This document shows positions 18,264-27,437 of a stretch of 27,438 bases of DNA, in pieces. A program made the position numbers and the translations under genes. Position 1 is the first letter of the stretch; each line of letters opens with the position of its first letter. The DNA is from Candidatus Dadabacteria bacterium (GTDB lineage Bacteria; Desulfobacterota_D; UBA1144; Nemesobacterales; CSP1-2), in NCBI GenBank assembly GCA_040289575.1, contig PSLL01000021.1:1-27438 (forward strand), given 5' to 3'. Under the pieces are notes generated by a model that saw only the letters and a program-made list of their open reading frames with translations, made no database searches and was not told where the DNA came from.

Positions 18264-18887
18264 TTAGGGATTATAGAATCCTCTATTCTTGCTGTAGGGT
18301 GCTTCGCCTGGCTCCCCGCGTCGGAAGTGTCCGGATGGACGTATTGCACCATCTCTCTCTTTACTGAGTAATTCGATAAACCAGGCTTCGTGCTCTATCT
18401 CTTCCTGAAGGATTCGAGAAGCCATGTCATAGGTGCGCGGATCTTTACCGAATGTAAGATCGCAGATTTCGCTCCAGGTTCTGATCGCGCATCTTTCGGC
18501 TTCAAGGAGAACTTGTAGAATATTTGCAGCGGTAGGATTGTCGGGCAGATATGCATCCATACATGATGCCCTGTCGGCAAATTCCCTGATGTCTTTAGGA
18601 AGTCCACCACCGAGTTCGTAAATTCTGGGAGTTATAAGCTCAAAGTGAGCGCGGTCTTCCAACCTTGCGTCTTCGCAAATCTCCTTATAGTCTTCGTGTC
18701 CGGCAAGATGCATGCGGAGAATCGTATAGTAATAATAGGTAGTGAATTCGGCGCCTGCAGCATCAATGAGCTTTTCCCTAAGCTCCTCTACGTTTACGCC
18801 GCGAGCTTCGATCTGCTCAACTCCTACGCGCTGGGTTACATCTCCGTGCTTTACCTTTCCCTTCATGTGCTTCTTTTCCTTTGCCAT
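18264..18887 (-). CDS. Ferritin-like DPS-like (DPSL/thioferritin) protein
   Basis: [40 protein letters not shown] and EEIEHEAWF diiron motifs. Cys pair in ASCMDAYLP and AERCA. AGGAGG SD. Confidence 0.9.
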   Translation of the reverse strand: MAKEKKHMKGKVKHGDVTQRVGVEQIEARGVNVEELREKLIDAAGAEFTTYYYYTILRMHLAGHEDYKEICEDARLEDRAHFELITPRIYELGGGLPKDIREFADRASCMDAYLPDNPTAANILQVLLEAERCAIRTWSEICDLTFGKDPRTYDMASRILQEEIEHEAWFIELLSKERDGAIRPSGHFRRGEPGEAPYSKNRGFYNP

Positions 18888-18924
18888 ATTTTACCGCCTC
18901 CTTTTTGTTTGAATTTTAGACACT

Positions 18925-18970
18925 ATTCTATATTATTGCAAATAAATTGCAAGTGAAATAAATTATCAAT
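18925..18970 (-). promoter_or_regulatory. Sigma-70 promoter of the DPSL gene overlapped by two Fur/PerR-like AT-rich palindromes
   Basis: TTGCAA (18952-18947), 16 bp spacer, TAGAAT (18930-18925). Palindrome TTGCAA-N5-TTGCAA at 18936-18952 and ATTGATAATTTATTTCACT at 18970-18952. Confidence 0.55.
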
Positions 18971-19122
18971 TAGTAAAACTAGCTATTTCAAACACCGTGT
19001 TATAGTTATATAGTGAACAGAACTCGAAGTAAAACGGAAAAAGAAAATTTCCTTTTGAAAAAGAATAAGTGAGAGAGGCTTAATAAATTTGTTACCTTAT
19101 CTAAAACTCAAGCTTAATACTT

Positions 19123-19629
19123 CTAGGCTATTAACTTCTTTTCAATCAACCTAAGAAGGGCTTCAACCACCTGAGGATCGTATTTCGTCCCGCTGCTATT
19201 TATTATTTCGGAAATTGACTTTTCTCTAGGGAGGGCTGAGCGGTAAGAGCGTTTGCTGCGCATAGCATGGAAGGCATCTGCTACGGCTACTATTCTTGCT
19301 TCGATTGGTATAGAATCCCCGGATAGACCAAAGGGATAGCCACGTCCATTAATCCACTCGTGATGGTAGAGCACTATTGGAAGGGTTTCACGAAGAATAG
19401 GGAACCGTTGAATTATTCTTTCTCCCATTATTGGATGGCGTCTAATTATAATGTATTCCTCCGAGGTAAGCTTTTTGGTTTTGAATAAGATTTCTTCTGG
19501 CACTGCTGCCATTCCAATGTCGTAAACAGTTGCGCCAAGTCTAAGGTTTTCGAGTCTTTTCTCGGCTTGATTCAATTCTTTTCCCAGTTGTACTGCATAG
19601 TTTGAAACTATGATTGAATGCCCGTGCAT
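19123..19629 (-). CDS. HD-GYP domain with a degenerate HD motif; a separate gene or the frameshifted C-terminus of the upstream cyclase
   Basis: GHS, VYDIG (YD in place of HD), RRHP, YHHEWINGRGYP and IVAVADAFHAM motifs. The frame is open back to 19680. Confidence 0.8.
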   Translation of the reverse strand: MHGHSIIVSNYAVQLGKELNQAEKRLENLRLGATVYDIGMAAVPEEILFKTKKLTSEEYIIIRRHPIMGERIIQRFPILRETLPIVLYHHEWINGRGYPFGLSGDSIPIEARIVAVADAFHAMRSKRSYRSALPREKSISEIINSSGTKYDPQVVEALLRLIEKKLIA

Positions 19630-20686
19630 GTAAATCCCTTTTTGATGGGGAGACAGATATAGATCCGTCAGATTTAGTATTTAGCCCCTCGTCCTCGTAG
19701 AAAAGAATTTGGTTCCTCCCGCCCTCTTTGGCCAGGTATAGAGCCTTATCGGCCTGTCTTACGACATTATCAATACTCGTGCTCTCATAATGGTGTATCT
19801 CTACGATTCCCCCACTGAGGGTAATTCGAGGTCTGCTATTATCTGAAATCCCTTTTAGAATCCGTCCCATTGCTGAAAGAGCCTGCTTTTTATCTGTCTT
19901 CATAACGATGGCAAACTCATCTCCGCCCAATCTGAATATCTTATCCTCTCCTCTTAGCATGCTTCTAAATTTCGATGTTACCTGTTTTAGGACCATGTCG
20001 CCGAAGACATGGCCGTGAGAGTCGTTTATCTGCTTAAATCCGTCAATGTCAAATACTATTAGGCTGATGATGGTGCCATTTCTTCGCGTCTCCGATATAT
20101 CCTGAGAAAAGATTTGATAAAAAGCGCGGCGGTTGAAAATCCCGGTGAGTGAGTCAATAAGAGCCAGCTTTTCAATACCTTCTCTCTCTAACCTTTCCTT
20201 CTCTTCACGCTCCCTGAGGGCGGAGAGGAAATTGACTATTAAATTGAGATTAGAGATATTTTCCTCTCTTGGAGGGGTGCGGTCGTGTTTTGAGAAACTA
20301 AAAAACATAGCCGCTTTGCCGTTTATGAAGACCGGGACTGTAAAAATGAACCCCGGCTTGGCGAAGCCTTCGTCACCAATGGCTTTTCCATCGGGCAGAA
20401 TCTCTATTGTATATTCAGATGGATTTAAATCTACGCCAGTCTTTAAGGCGAATTCTCTTATATTGTTCAGAACAAAAGAGAGATAACCTTTTTTAATCTT
20501 CCTATGGGCGAATGCAAGACATTCCTTAGTTTCTGTGCTCAAGGAAAGGAAGAGACATAGATTTGAAATTAATTGTCTTGAGTTGATTCCCAGATGCTGT
20601 ACTGCGTCTGTAAATCCGTTCTTTAGAGAGTATTCAAAAAAGCCAGTTAAGAATCCAAGATTTTTGTCTACTTGCCCTTTTTCCAT
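19541..20686 (-). CDS. Diguanylate cyclase (GGDEF) with a GAF-like N-terminal region
   Basis: IDSLTGIFNRR, FDIDGFKQINDSHGHVFGD, RGEDKIFRLGGDEF (RxxD I-site) and ADKALYLAKEGGRN motifs. Confidence 0.9.
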   Translation of the reverse strand: MEKGQVDKNLGFLTGFFEYSLKNGFTDAVQHLGINSRQLISNLCLFLSLSTETKECLAFAHRKIKKGYLSFVLNNIREFALKTGVDLNPSEYTIEILPDGKAIGDEGFAKPGFIFTVPVFINGKAAMFFSFSKHDRTPPREENISNLNLIVNFLSALREREEKERLEREGIEKLALIDSLTGIFNRRAFYQIFSQDISETRRNGTIISLIVFDIDGFKQINDSHGHVFGDMVLKQVTSKFRSMLRGEDKIFRLGGDEFAIVMKTDKKQALSAMGRILKGISDNSRPRITLSGGIVEIHHYESTSIDNVVRQADKALYLAKEGGRNQILFYEDEGLNTKSDGSISVSPSKRDLHARAFNHSFKLCSTTGKRIESSREKTRKP

Positions 20687-20851
20687 GATAATTTGGCAAA
20701 TAAACTATAGATTATAACTCCGTTCGATAGCTCCCTTTTATTAACCCTGATACAAGACAATAGTGCTTTAAAAGCGTTGCAGGTTGATGGGCTATGAATT
20801 TCCCATTGATTGCCAGGATCAGAATAGTTAGAAGCTATATTATAACAGGAA

Positions 20852-20896
20852 CAGACAAGAAGGTCTATAATAGACAGGTTTAGGCATTCTTGTCTG
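20852..20896. repeat. 16-bp inverted repeat, REP-like
   Basis: CAGACAAGAAGGTCTA (20852-20867) pairs with TAGGCATTCTTGTCTG (20881-20896) at 14 of 16 positions. Confidence 0.6.
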
Positions 20897-20958
20897 ACTA
20901 TGATTTATCAGACCGCTTCTAGTAAAATCTGAACCTACACCTCCATATGCGGCATTAA

Positions 20959-22227
20959 TCACTTCACAACTGATGCACCGACGACCTTTATCTCTATATC
21001 TTCCGGCAGGAAGTTGAGGAATCCGGCTTTAACGTCCCGAAATGTCTTTTCGCTGTTGGCGAGGAGGATGTCGTGAATCGTGACCTCATTGGAACCAAGC
21101 CGTCTTCTATCGGACCTCGAATAAAAATCTATCCTAATCTCAATATTGCTATAGGTGGTATCACCTTTATTCTCAAGTGTGAGCTCTCGGACCACGCCTA
21201 TAGTTCCCGTAATTCCGCCTCCCCATTTGAAATTCTTTACAATGATATCGTCCTGGGGTACCGGCTCCTCCTCTTCCTCTTCTTGTGTGGGCTGCTCTTT
21301 CGGGGCTTCTATATTGTTGGTGGTTTCTCCTTCTTTAGGGGGTGCGACCACAACCTCTTTTCCTTTTGTGCCTTCCTCCCCCGAGGGATTGGCTATGTTA
21401 GAGGGTGAAGAAGCCTGTTTCTCTTCAGTTTTGCTTTTAAACTCCCCGGAGGCCCCGACTTTTGTGCCAACCTTTTTGCCCGGCTTTTGGACTGGAGTCC
21501 CTATCTTAGCCACACGGGGTTTTCTAACAGGCGCGCGCGATGCGTCTGTAACAGTAATTACGGTCTTCTTTGCCTGGGGCTGTCTGAATCCGACGTTTAT
21601 CCCATAAAACGTCTTTTCACTCTTTGCTGGGAGAATACCATGGATTACGGCTGTGGTTGGACCAAGCTTCTCACCGCTTGGGCTAAAGTACTCTAGTTGT
21701 ATTTCTATATCCCTGTAATTGATTTCGCCTTTATTCTCAAGTGTAATCTCTTTTAATATCCCCTCAGTAGCATACTGTCCTCCTGACCACTCCCAATTCT
21801 TTACTACTATCAGATCTGATGGACGCGCAGAGAAGACTGTCTCTAGTACCTCAGCCCTTACAATACTGATAGTGGTTTTCTGAAGATCCGAGTGCATAAA
21901 TCCGAGATTGACATTATAAAAGGTTTTCGTGCTCCCGGGAGGGATTACATCATGAATGGTAGACCTCAGGGAACCGAGTGGTACGTCGTTTATTGTATAT
22001 AGATTCGCTTCTATTTCGATGTTTTTGTAGGCGGTTTTGCCTTTGTTCTCTAGTGTGATTTCCTTAATTATACCCACTGTGCCCGCGCTGCCGGAGCCCC
22101 ACTTATAGTCTTTCACGATGATCTCATCCTGGGGAGTGGGGGTTTTAGCCCAAGCGCTCGATATTAAAACACAAAGGCAAAATAGAGAAAAAAGTAGACT
22201 GTTATACCTCCATATTATAGACTGCAC
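20959..22227 (-). CDS. Secreted protein with three repeated FxLYD-like (Ig-fold) domains and a P/E/K-rich linker
   Basis: Signal peptide ending SAWA. Three copies of IxVKxxxW.G...GI.KEITLENKG...Y.NIEI...Y......LG....IH.I.P.S.KTF..V..GF. Confidence 0.8.
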   Translation of the reverse strand: MQSIIWRYNSLLFSLFCLCVLISSAWAKTPTPQDEIIVKDYKWGSGSAGTVGIIKEITLENKGKTAYKNIEIEANLYTINDVPLGSLRSTIHDVIPPGSTKTFYNVNLGFMHSDLQKTTISIVRAEVLETVFSARPSDLIVVKNWEWSGGQYATEGILKEITLENKGEINYRDIEIQLEYFSPSGEKLGPTTAVIHGILPAKSEKTFYGINVGFRQPQAKKTVITVTDASRAPVRKPRVAKIGTPVQKPGKKVGTKVGASGEFKSKTEEKQASSPSNIANPSGEEGTKGKEVVVAPPKEGETTNNIEAPKEQPTQEEEEEEPVPQDDIIVKNFKWGGGITGTIGVVRELTLENKGDTTYSNIEIRIDFYSRSDRRRLGSNEVTIHDILLANSEKTFRDVKAGFLNFLPEDIEIKVVGASVVK

Positions 22228-22438
22228 CTTCCTTTATATCTCCTCTTTTTTTTGTTTATGAACACAAATTATACATTATTAAATCTAAAAGGGTAGCACA
22301 TCCTTCTTTCAGCAGTGTGTCTTACGTCTGTCATGCATTATTTTAGGATTCTATACAGAAGAAAAAACCCCTTGATTAACGATCCCAAAAGGTGATATAA
22401 AAATAATATGTAAATTAAGGTTTAAGGAGGACGGATAA

Positions 22439-22795
22439 ATGAGTACTTATATAATGTTAAGTAAGCTTACACCCGAAGGGAGAAAGACTATAAAGGATAG
22501 ACCGGAGAGAATTAGGGAGGTAAATCAAGAACTGGAGGCTATGGGTGTGAGGGTCATGAAGCAATACGCTACCCTCGGTCCTTATGATTTCCTGAACATA
22601 GTTGAGGCGCCGGACAACAAAACAATAAGCAAAATCTCGGTAGATCTGTGCTCCCGCGGCACCGTGGAGATTATGAGCCTGGCTGCAATCCCTGTGGATT
22701 CGTTCATATCGTCGATCGGGACAATGGGGAAGAGAAGTAAGCCTAAAAAACCTGTAAAATCAGCAAAGGCAAAGGGAAAAGGTAAGAGAAGATAA
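22439..22795 (+). CDS. GYD-domain protein with a Lys-rich C-terminal tail
   Basis: MSTYIMLSKLTPEG and YATLGPYDFLNIVEAPD motifs. AAGGAGG SD. Confidence 0.88.
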   Translation: MSTYIMLSKLTPEGRKTIKDRPERIREVNQELEAMGVRVMKQYATLGPYDFLNIVEAPDNKTISKISVDLCSRGTVEIMSLAAIPVDSFISSIGTMGKRSKPKKPVKSAKAKGKGKRR

Positions 22796-22879
22796 TACTA
22801 ATTTCCTAAGGAAACGTATATAAATCTAGCTCGACATTTGTGGAGACGAAATTTTGTTGAGATGTGTGGTTCAACTATA

Positions 22880-22915
22880 AGACAGGTTCAAAATATACAC
22901 CCATGAACCGTGTCT
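22880..22915. terminator. Hairpin between convergent genes (terminator or REP remnant)
   Basis: AGACAGGTTCA pairs with TGAACCGTGTCT with one bulge. No clear U-tract. Confidence 0.35.
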
Positions 22916-22928
22916 CCGAAATGGGCGA

Positions 22929-23366
22929 TCAATTTTCATAGAAGATTATTTGAGTCTTTCCTCCTGAGATTTCTTCTGCTATTTTTGAGGCCTCTTTGTG
23001 AGTTCGCCCCATATTGAGGTATTCTTTTACCTTCATAACGACCTGTGAGCATGATTCGCAGACCAGATATGACTCCTGATCGAATTCCAATTCAATTCCC
23101 TGTGTAGAGTGGACGATCCCTCCACAGCCATTACACTGGCAGTCAAATTCAATACCGAAAGATATCAATTTGCTGAGCCCTCGCCTGGCCATTGTGTTTA
23201 GGAAAGCCTCTTTTACTATATTTGAATTAGTGTTAAACCCTTTCAAAAATTCATCAATGTCGCCTTCATCCATAGAATCTATATTCTTTCCCTTAATCAA
23301 CAGGTAGTTTTCAAATTCTTCAAAGATGCTGTCATCAAATTTCCATCTAAAAATCTTTATAACCAT
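22929..23366 (-). CDS. Hypothetical protein with a putative zinc ribbon
   Basis: CQCNGC and CESC cysteine clusters. AAGGAG SD. Confidence 0.75.
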   Translation of the reverse strand: MVIKIFRWKFDDSIFEEFENYLLIKGKNIDSMDEGDIDEFLKGFNTNSNIVKEAFLNTMARRGLSKLISFGIEFDCQCNGCGGIVHSTQGIELEFDQESYLVCESCSQVVMKVKEYLNMGRTHKEASKIAEEISGGKTQIIFYEN

Positions 23367-23404
23367 ATATGGCTCTCCTTAGTATCAAATAACCTATTAT
23401 ACCA

Positions 23405-23457
23405 TATTGACAATTTATCAGAAGGCAATCTGATGTAAGTTGATATATTTGTCAATA
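23405..23457. promoter_or_regulatory. Paired inverted operator-like sites
   Basis: TATTGACAATTTATCA (23405-23420) and TGATATATTTGTCAATA (23441-23457) are near reverse complements. Confidence 0.45.
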
Positions 23458-23559
23458 ACGGAAAACTAAATGCAATTCTATATGAATCAAAAGACTGGTG
23501 GATATTAGGATTTATATGCCGGACGTTGGGTCTACCAAAACCCGGCGTTGATACCCTTT

Positions 23560-24750
23560 TTATTTATGTTCTTCTATCAGGCTTCTCAGGACGATGGCTA
23601 ATTTACACCTTCCGAGCCTCTCAAGAGCATGTTTCTCTATCTGTCTGATTCTCTCCCTGGTTAATCCCAGATGTCTTCCGACCTCGTCGAGCGTAGAGAT
23701 GTTTTCATAGCCTATTCCAAACCTCATTTTTATAACCTCCCTTTCTCTTGGATTGAGCAAAGACAGTGCGTCGTTTACGTTCTTTGGAATTGAGGCGGCG
23801 GCTATTAATGAATCGGCTGGAACGGCATTGGTATCCGAAACAAAATCAATAAGTGCCATCTTCTCGCCCTGCCAAACGGGAGAATTAAGGTGTACTATCT
23901 TCTCGTTGGCTCCGAGCACCCGTTTTACGCCCTCTACGGACATCTTTGCCTTTTTTGCAATCTCCTCAGGAAGGGACTTTCTTCCGATCTTCTTCTCAAG
24001 CCCTGAGCGCACCCTCTGAATCTTGCCGGACTTCTCAAGCACATAAGCCGGGATCCTTACGGTTCTCGTCTGGTCAAAGATCGCCCTAGATATTGCCTGA
24101 TGTATCCACCAGCAGGCATATGTAGAGAACTTGTAGCCCTTTGTAGGGTCGAATCTATCTACCGCCCTCATGAGCCCAAGATTTCCCTCCTGAATTAAGT
24201 CCAAAAAAGGAAGTCCGCGGCCGGCATATCTCTTGGCTATGCTTACGACGAGTCTCAGGTTTGCTTTGATAAAGATGTTTCTAAACTGTGTTGCTTTCTT
24301 TGAATATGCCTCAGCAAGGTTTTTGAGCATCCTAAGGTGTCTAGAGTTTATTTCTGTTTTACAAGTGCGCATGTTTTTATTTGGTCCTTTCTTTGTGCTC
24401 CGACTTGATCCTTTGCCGAGAATTCCATCAATAGTCCTTTGTATCTCCCTTGCTCTTGCTTTGCACCTCTTTATCTTGAGCGCAATTTTAACTTCTCTAT
24501 CCTTTGTGAGGAGTGATTCGGTACCAATTCCCTTGAAGTAAGAGTTTAGGAGTCTTAAGTCGTGATTTGGAATCTCCTCTCTTTTTTGAGGTGTTTTAAC
24601 CTCATCCGAGAGCTCAATGTCGAGATCAGAATCCACAAAACCGTCTTCAGGCTCAATTTCAATAAAAATCTCATTCCCTTCGATGAAAGGTTCAACTTCA
24701 AATGCCTCGCCGATACCAAATTCTATATCCCGCATGACTTCTCTCCTCAA
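23560..24750 (-). CDS. Alternative sigma-70 factor (RpoD/RpoS-like, no recognisable region 1.1)
   Basis: [45 protein letters not shown] and [18 protein letters not shown] motifs. The start may be ATG 24735, which has a GGAG SD. Confidence 0.93.
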   Translation of the reverse strand: MRREVMRDIEFGIGEAFEVEPFIEGNEIFIEIEPEDGFVDSDLDIELSDEVKTPQKREEIPNHDLRLLNSYFKGIGTESLLTKDREVKIALKIKRCKARAREIQRTIDGILGKGSSRSTKKGPNKNMRTCKTEINSRHLRMLKNLAEAYSKKATQFRNIFIKANLRLVVSIAKRYAGRGLPFLDLIQEGNLGLMRAVDRFDPTKGYKFSTYACWWIHQAISRAIFDQTRTVRIPAYVLEKSGKIQRVRSGLEKKIGRKSLPEEIAKKAKMSVEGVKRVLGANEKIVHLNSPVWQGEKMALIDFVSDTNAVPADSLIAAASIPKNVNDALSLLNPREREVIKMRFGIGYENISTLDEVGRHLGLTRERIRQIEKHALERLGRCKLAIVLRSLIEEHK

Positions 24751-24875
24751 TTTGTGATGTAAAATTCCTCAAAATGGATGCATCAGCGTTCTTTGAGTTT
24801 TAATCAATTTGTTTAGTGCCACTCTTTTCATTTTAATTTTTGCCTGTCTTAAAGAGTCTTGTGATTTTGCCTATG

Positions 24876-24891
24876 GCAATGTTTATACCAG
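24876..24891 (-). promoter_or_regulatory. Sigma-54 (-24/-12) promoter upstream of the sigma-70 gene
   Basis: CTGGTATAAACATTGC on the minus strand has exact GG-N10-GC spacing with TGG and TTGC contexts. Confidence 0.65.
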
Positions 24892-25110
24892 CAGACTCCG
24901 TATCTTAATCTTTAATTTTTACAGTAGGTTATAGATAGAGAATCGCTCAGAGAAAAAGGAACAGTATTTATCTGCGCAGTAATACACTATAAGAGGTGTG
25001 TAAATCTGCACAAAATATACATAAAATGTGGTGTATCAGCGGGCAGTTGTAATGAATTTTTTACGATGAGGGAATGAAAAAGAGACACAAGCCGTATGCC
25101 TTAAATATTA

Positions 25111-26802
25111 TTACCAATCTATGTCCTTTATTTTCAGGCGGATCTCTCTTTTTCCGTTCCAAATATTAATTTCAGGTATAAAGACTATATCAATTCGGTC
25201 TGGCAGCGTAATCGATTCTCTAAGATTAAACCAGATTGCATCAAAGACAGCGCCTTTCTGTCTGAGCTTGAGGCTAAGATGTCTGTCTTTAAAAAGCCTC
25301 TGTGATATTACTTCAACGGATTTCGATAAAAACAGCGGTTCCGGGTTTCCTATACCGAATGGGGCAATAAGGTCAAGCTCTGAAACTATGGAATCGGTAA
25401 TATCGGCTAAATCAAGGGCGCAATCAATCTTTAGTTTAATAAAATCCCCGTCTCGCTCACTTACAGCCCTTTCAAATCTGTCTCTAAATTCATCAATCCT
25501 TTCTTCTCTTATAGAGATTCCGGCGGCAAGTTCATGTCCTCCAAATTGCTCAAACGACTCTCTGCATTCAGAAAGAGACTCATATAGATTTATTCCTTCA
25601 ACGCTCCTCCCAGAACCCTTTCCGATACCTCCTTTCCCAATAGCTATGAGTACCGCGGGTCTCCTGTACCGCTCGACGATTCTCGATGCCACAACTCCAA
25701 TTACGCCCGGATGCCAATTGTGGGATGAAAGGACGAGGGAATTAGATTCGAGAAATCTTGGATTCCCCTCAATCTGGGAGACGGCATCGGAGAATATCTC
25801 TTCTTCTATTCTCTGCCTCTTTGAGTTTTCATTGTTTAGGGTTTTTGCAAGCTCTCTTGCCCTTTCCAAGTCATCTGATATTAAAAGTTCTACGGCAACA
25901 CCTGCACTCTGGAGTCTCCCCCCTGCATTTATCCTTGGACCGAGCTTAAAACCCACATCATAAGCATTTATCTTTCCGCTAACACTACTTACCTCCTTTA
26001 GTGCGGCTATTCCGGGACGCCTTGGGTTTGACATTCTTTTCATTCCCTCTTTTGCAAATATCCGGTTTACATTTGTAAGAGATGCGCAGTCGGCGATTGT
26101 TCCCAGGGCGACAAGGTCTAAGTAGTCACCTAGATTTGGCTCTTCTTTTTTAAAGAAGCCCGAATCCCTAAGGGCGCGCCTGAGGGCAACTGCCAGATTA
26201 AAAATCACCCCCACTCCGGCAATCTCTTTTCCCGGATAAAGGCACCCTGTCTGATGTGGGTTTAAAATCGCAACGGCTTCTGGAAGTGTCTCGGGGGGCT
26301 TGTGGTGGTCTGTAACGATGAAATCAATGCCTAGTTTCTTTGCCTCTTCGACCTCTTTATATGCTGTGATCCCGCAGTCGCCTGAGATTATAAGCGAAGC
26401 GCCCTGGCTTTTTAGTTTTCTTATAGCATCGAGATTTACGCCGTATCCTTCCTTTAGCCTATCGGGGTTGTAATACGTTATGGTAGCACCGAGGTTTTTA
26501 AGAAAATTATAGAAAAGAGCCGTAGCAGTAACGCCATCAACATCATAGTCCCCATATATCGCTATTTTCTCCCCTCTTTCTATTGCTCTCTTAATCCTCT
26601 CTATCGCCCTGTCTATTCCCTTCAGAAGATAGGGGGACGGGAGATCAAAAAGTCCGCTTTTTAAAAATGACTCCGCTTCTGCCTCGTCTTTAATTCCTCG
26701 GCTTAGGAGAATCTGAGCCGAAATAGGCGATATTCCAAGTGATCTAGAGAGTTTTTCTTTGAGCTTCGGGTTTTCCTTCTCTACAATCCAGTGCTTTTTC
26801 AT
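25111..26802 (-). CDS. recJ: Single-stranded-DNA-specific exonuclease
   Basis: YGDYDVDG, EGYG, TDHH, LGTIAD, GPRINAGGRL, GSGRS, GGHELAAG and PFGIGNPEP motifs. Confidence 0.97.
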   Translation of the reverse strand: MKKHWIVEKENPKLKEKLSRSLGISPISAQILLSRGIKDEAEAESFLKSGLFDLPSPYLLKGIDRAIERIKRAIERGEKIAIYGDYDVDGVTATALFYNFLKNLGATITYYNPDRLKEGYGVNLDAIRKLKSQGASLIISGDCGITAYKEVEEAKKLGIDFIVTDHHKPPETLPEAVAILNPHQTGCLYPGKEIAGVGVIFNLAVALRRALRDSGFFKKEEPNLGDYLDLVALGTIADCASLTNVNRIFAKEGMKRMSNPRRPGIAALKEVSSVSGKINAYDVGFKLGPRINAGGRLQSAGVAVELLISDDLERARELAKTLNNENSKRQRIEEEIFSDAVSQIEGNPRFLESNSLVLSSHNWHPGVIGVVASRIVERYRRPAVLIAIGKGGIGKGSGRSVEGINLYESLSECRESFEQFGGHELAAGISIREERIDEFRDRFERAVSERDGDFIKLKIDCALDLADITDSIVSELDLIAPFGIGNPEPLFLSKSVEVISQRLFKDRHLSLKLRQKGAVFDAIWFNLRESITLPDRIDIVFIPEINIWNGKREIRLKIKDIDW

Positions 26803-26805
26803 TTT

Positions 26806-27264
26806 TTAAGTTTTCTGATTCATTCCATTACTTTCCTTTAAGTAATCCACCAATCCTCTAAGCCCAAGCAGGTAGCTGTCGCTTCCGAATCCCGATATAA
26901 CACCAAGCGCTACGCCCGATATAAAAGAATTTTTTCTGAAGTCCTCGCGCCTGTAGATATTCGATATATGAACCTCAACCGTTGGGATGCCCACGGCAGT
27001 TATGGCGTCTCTTATTGCAACGCTTGTGTGTGTATATGCGCCGGGGTTTATAACTATTCCATTGAACCTACCCATCGCCTCCTGGATTTCGGTTACGATT
27101 TCGCCCTCCGAGTTTGATTGAAAAAATTCAATCTCAACCTCAAGCGCATCGGCCTCTTTTTTTAATAGAGAGTTGATTCCTTCAAGCGTAGTGTTGCCAT
27201 AGATTTGAGGCTCGCGTTTTCCAAGAAGATTAAGATTCGGTCCGTGAATTATTAGGATTTTCAT
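26806..27264 (-). CDS. aroQ: Type II 3-dehydroquinate dehydratase
   Basis: [39 protein letters not shown] and EVHISN motifs. Confidence 0.97.
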   Translation of the reverse strand: MKILIIHGPNLNLLGKREPQIYGNTTLEGINSLLKKEADALEVEIEFFQSNSEGEIVTEIQEAMGRFNGIVINPGAYTHTSVAIRDAITAVGIPTVEVHISNIYRREDFRKNSFISGVALGVISGFGSDSYLLGLRGLVDYLKESNGMNQKT

Positions 27265-27275
27265 TTCTATCCTGG

Positions 27276-27437
27276 TTATCTCTTGGTCTGAAAACTGGCT
27301 TTTTCGCTTAATAAATGGGCCTTTGCCTGTTCTAATTTTATATGAAGCGATTGGTTCTCTGGATCACGTTCGAGGAGCTTTTCAAAAACTCTGATAGCCC
27401 TTTCATATAAACCCTGCCTCATATAAAGGTCTCCCAT
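27276..27437 (-). CDS. C-terminal fragment of a TPR-containing protein, truncated by the window edge
   Basis: Manual translation ...[53 protein letters not shown] fits one TPR consensus. Confidence 0.8.
   Translation of the reverse strand: MGDLYMRQGLYERAIRVFEKLLERDPENQSLHIKLEQAKAHLLSEKASFQTKR

Noticed and set aside
25121..25963. 280-aa + strand ORF, and similar long antisense ORFs (11261-11863, 21155-21607, 14628-15077, 1856-2296, 12716-13153)
   Set aside because: They lie opposite well-supported genes, are Ser/Ile/Phe-rich as expected for antisense shadows, and carry no motifs.
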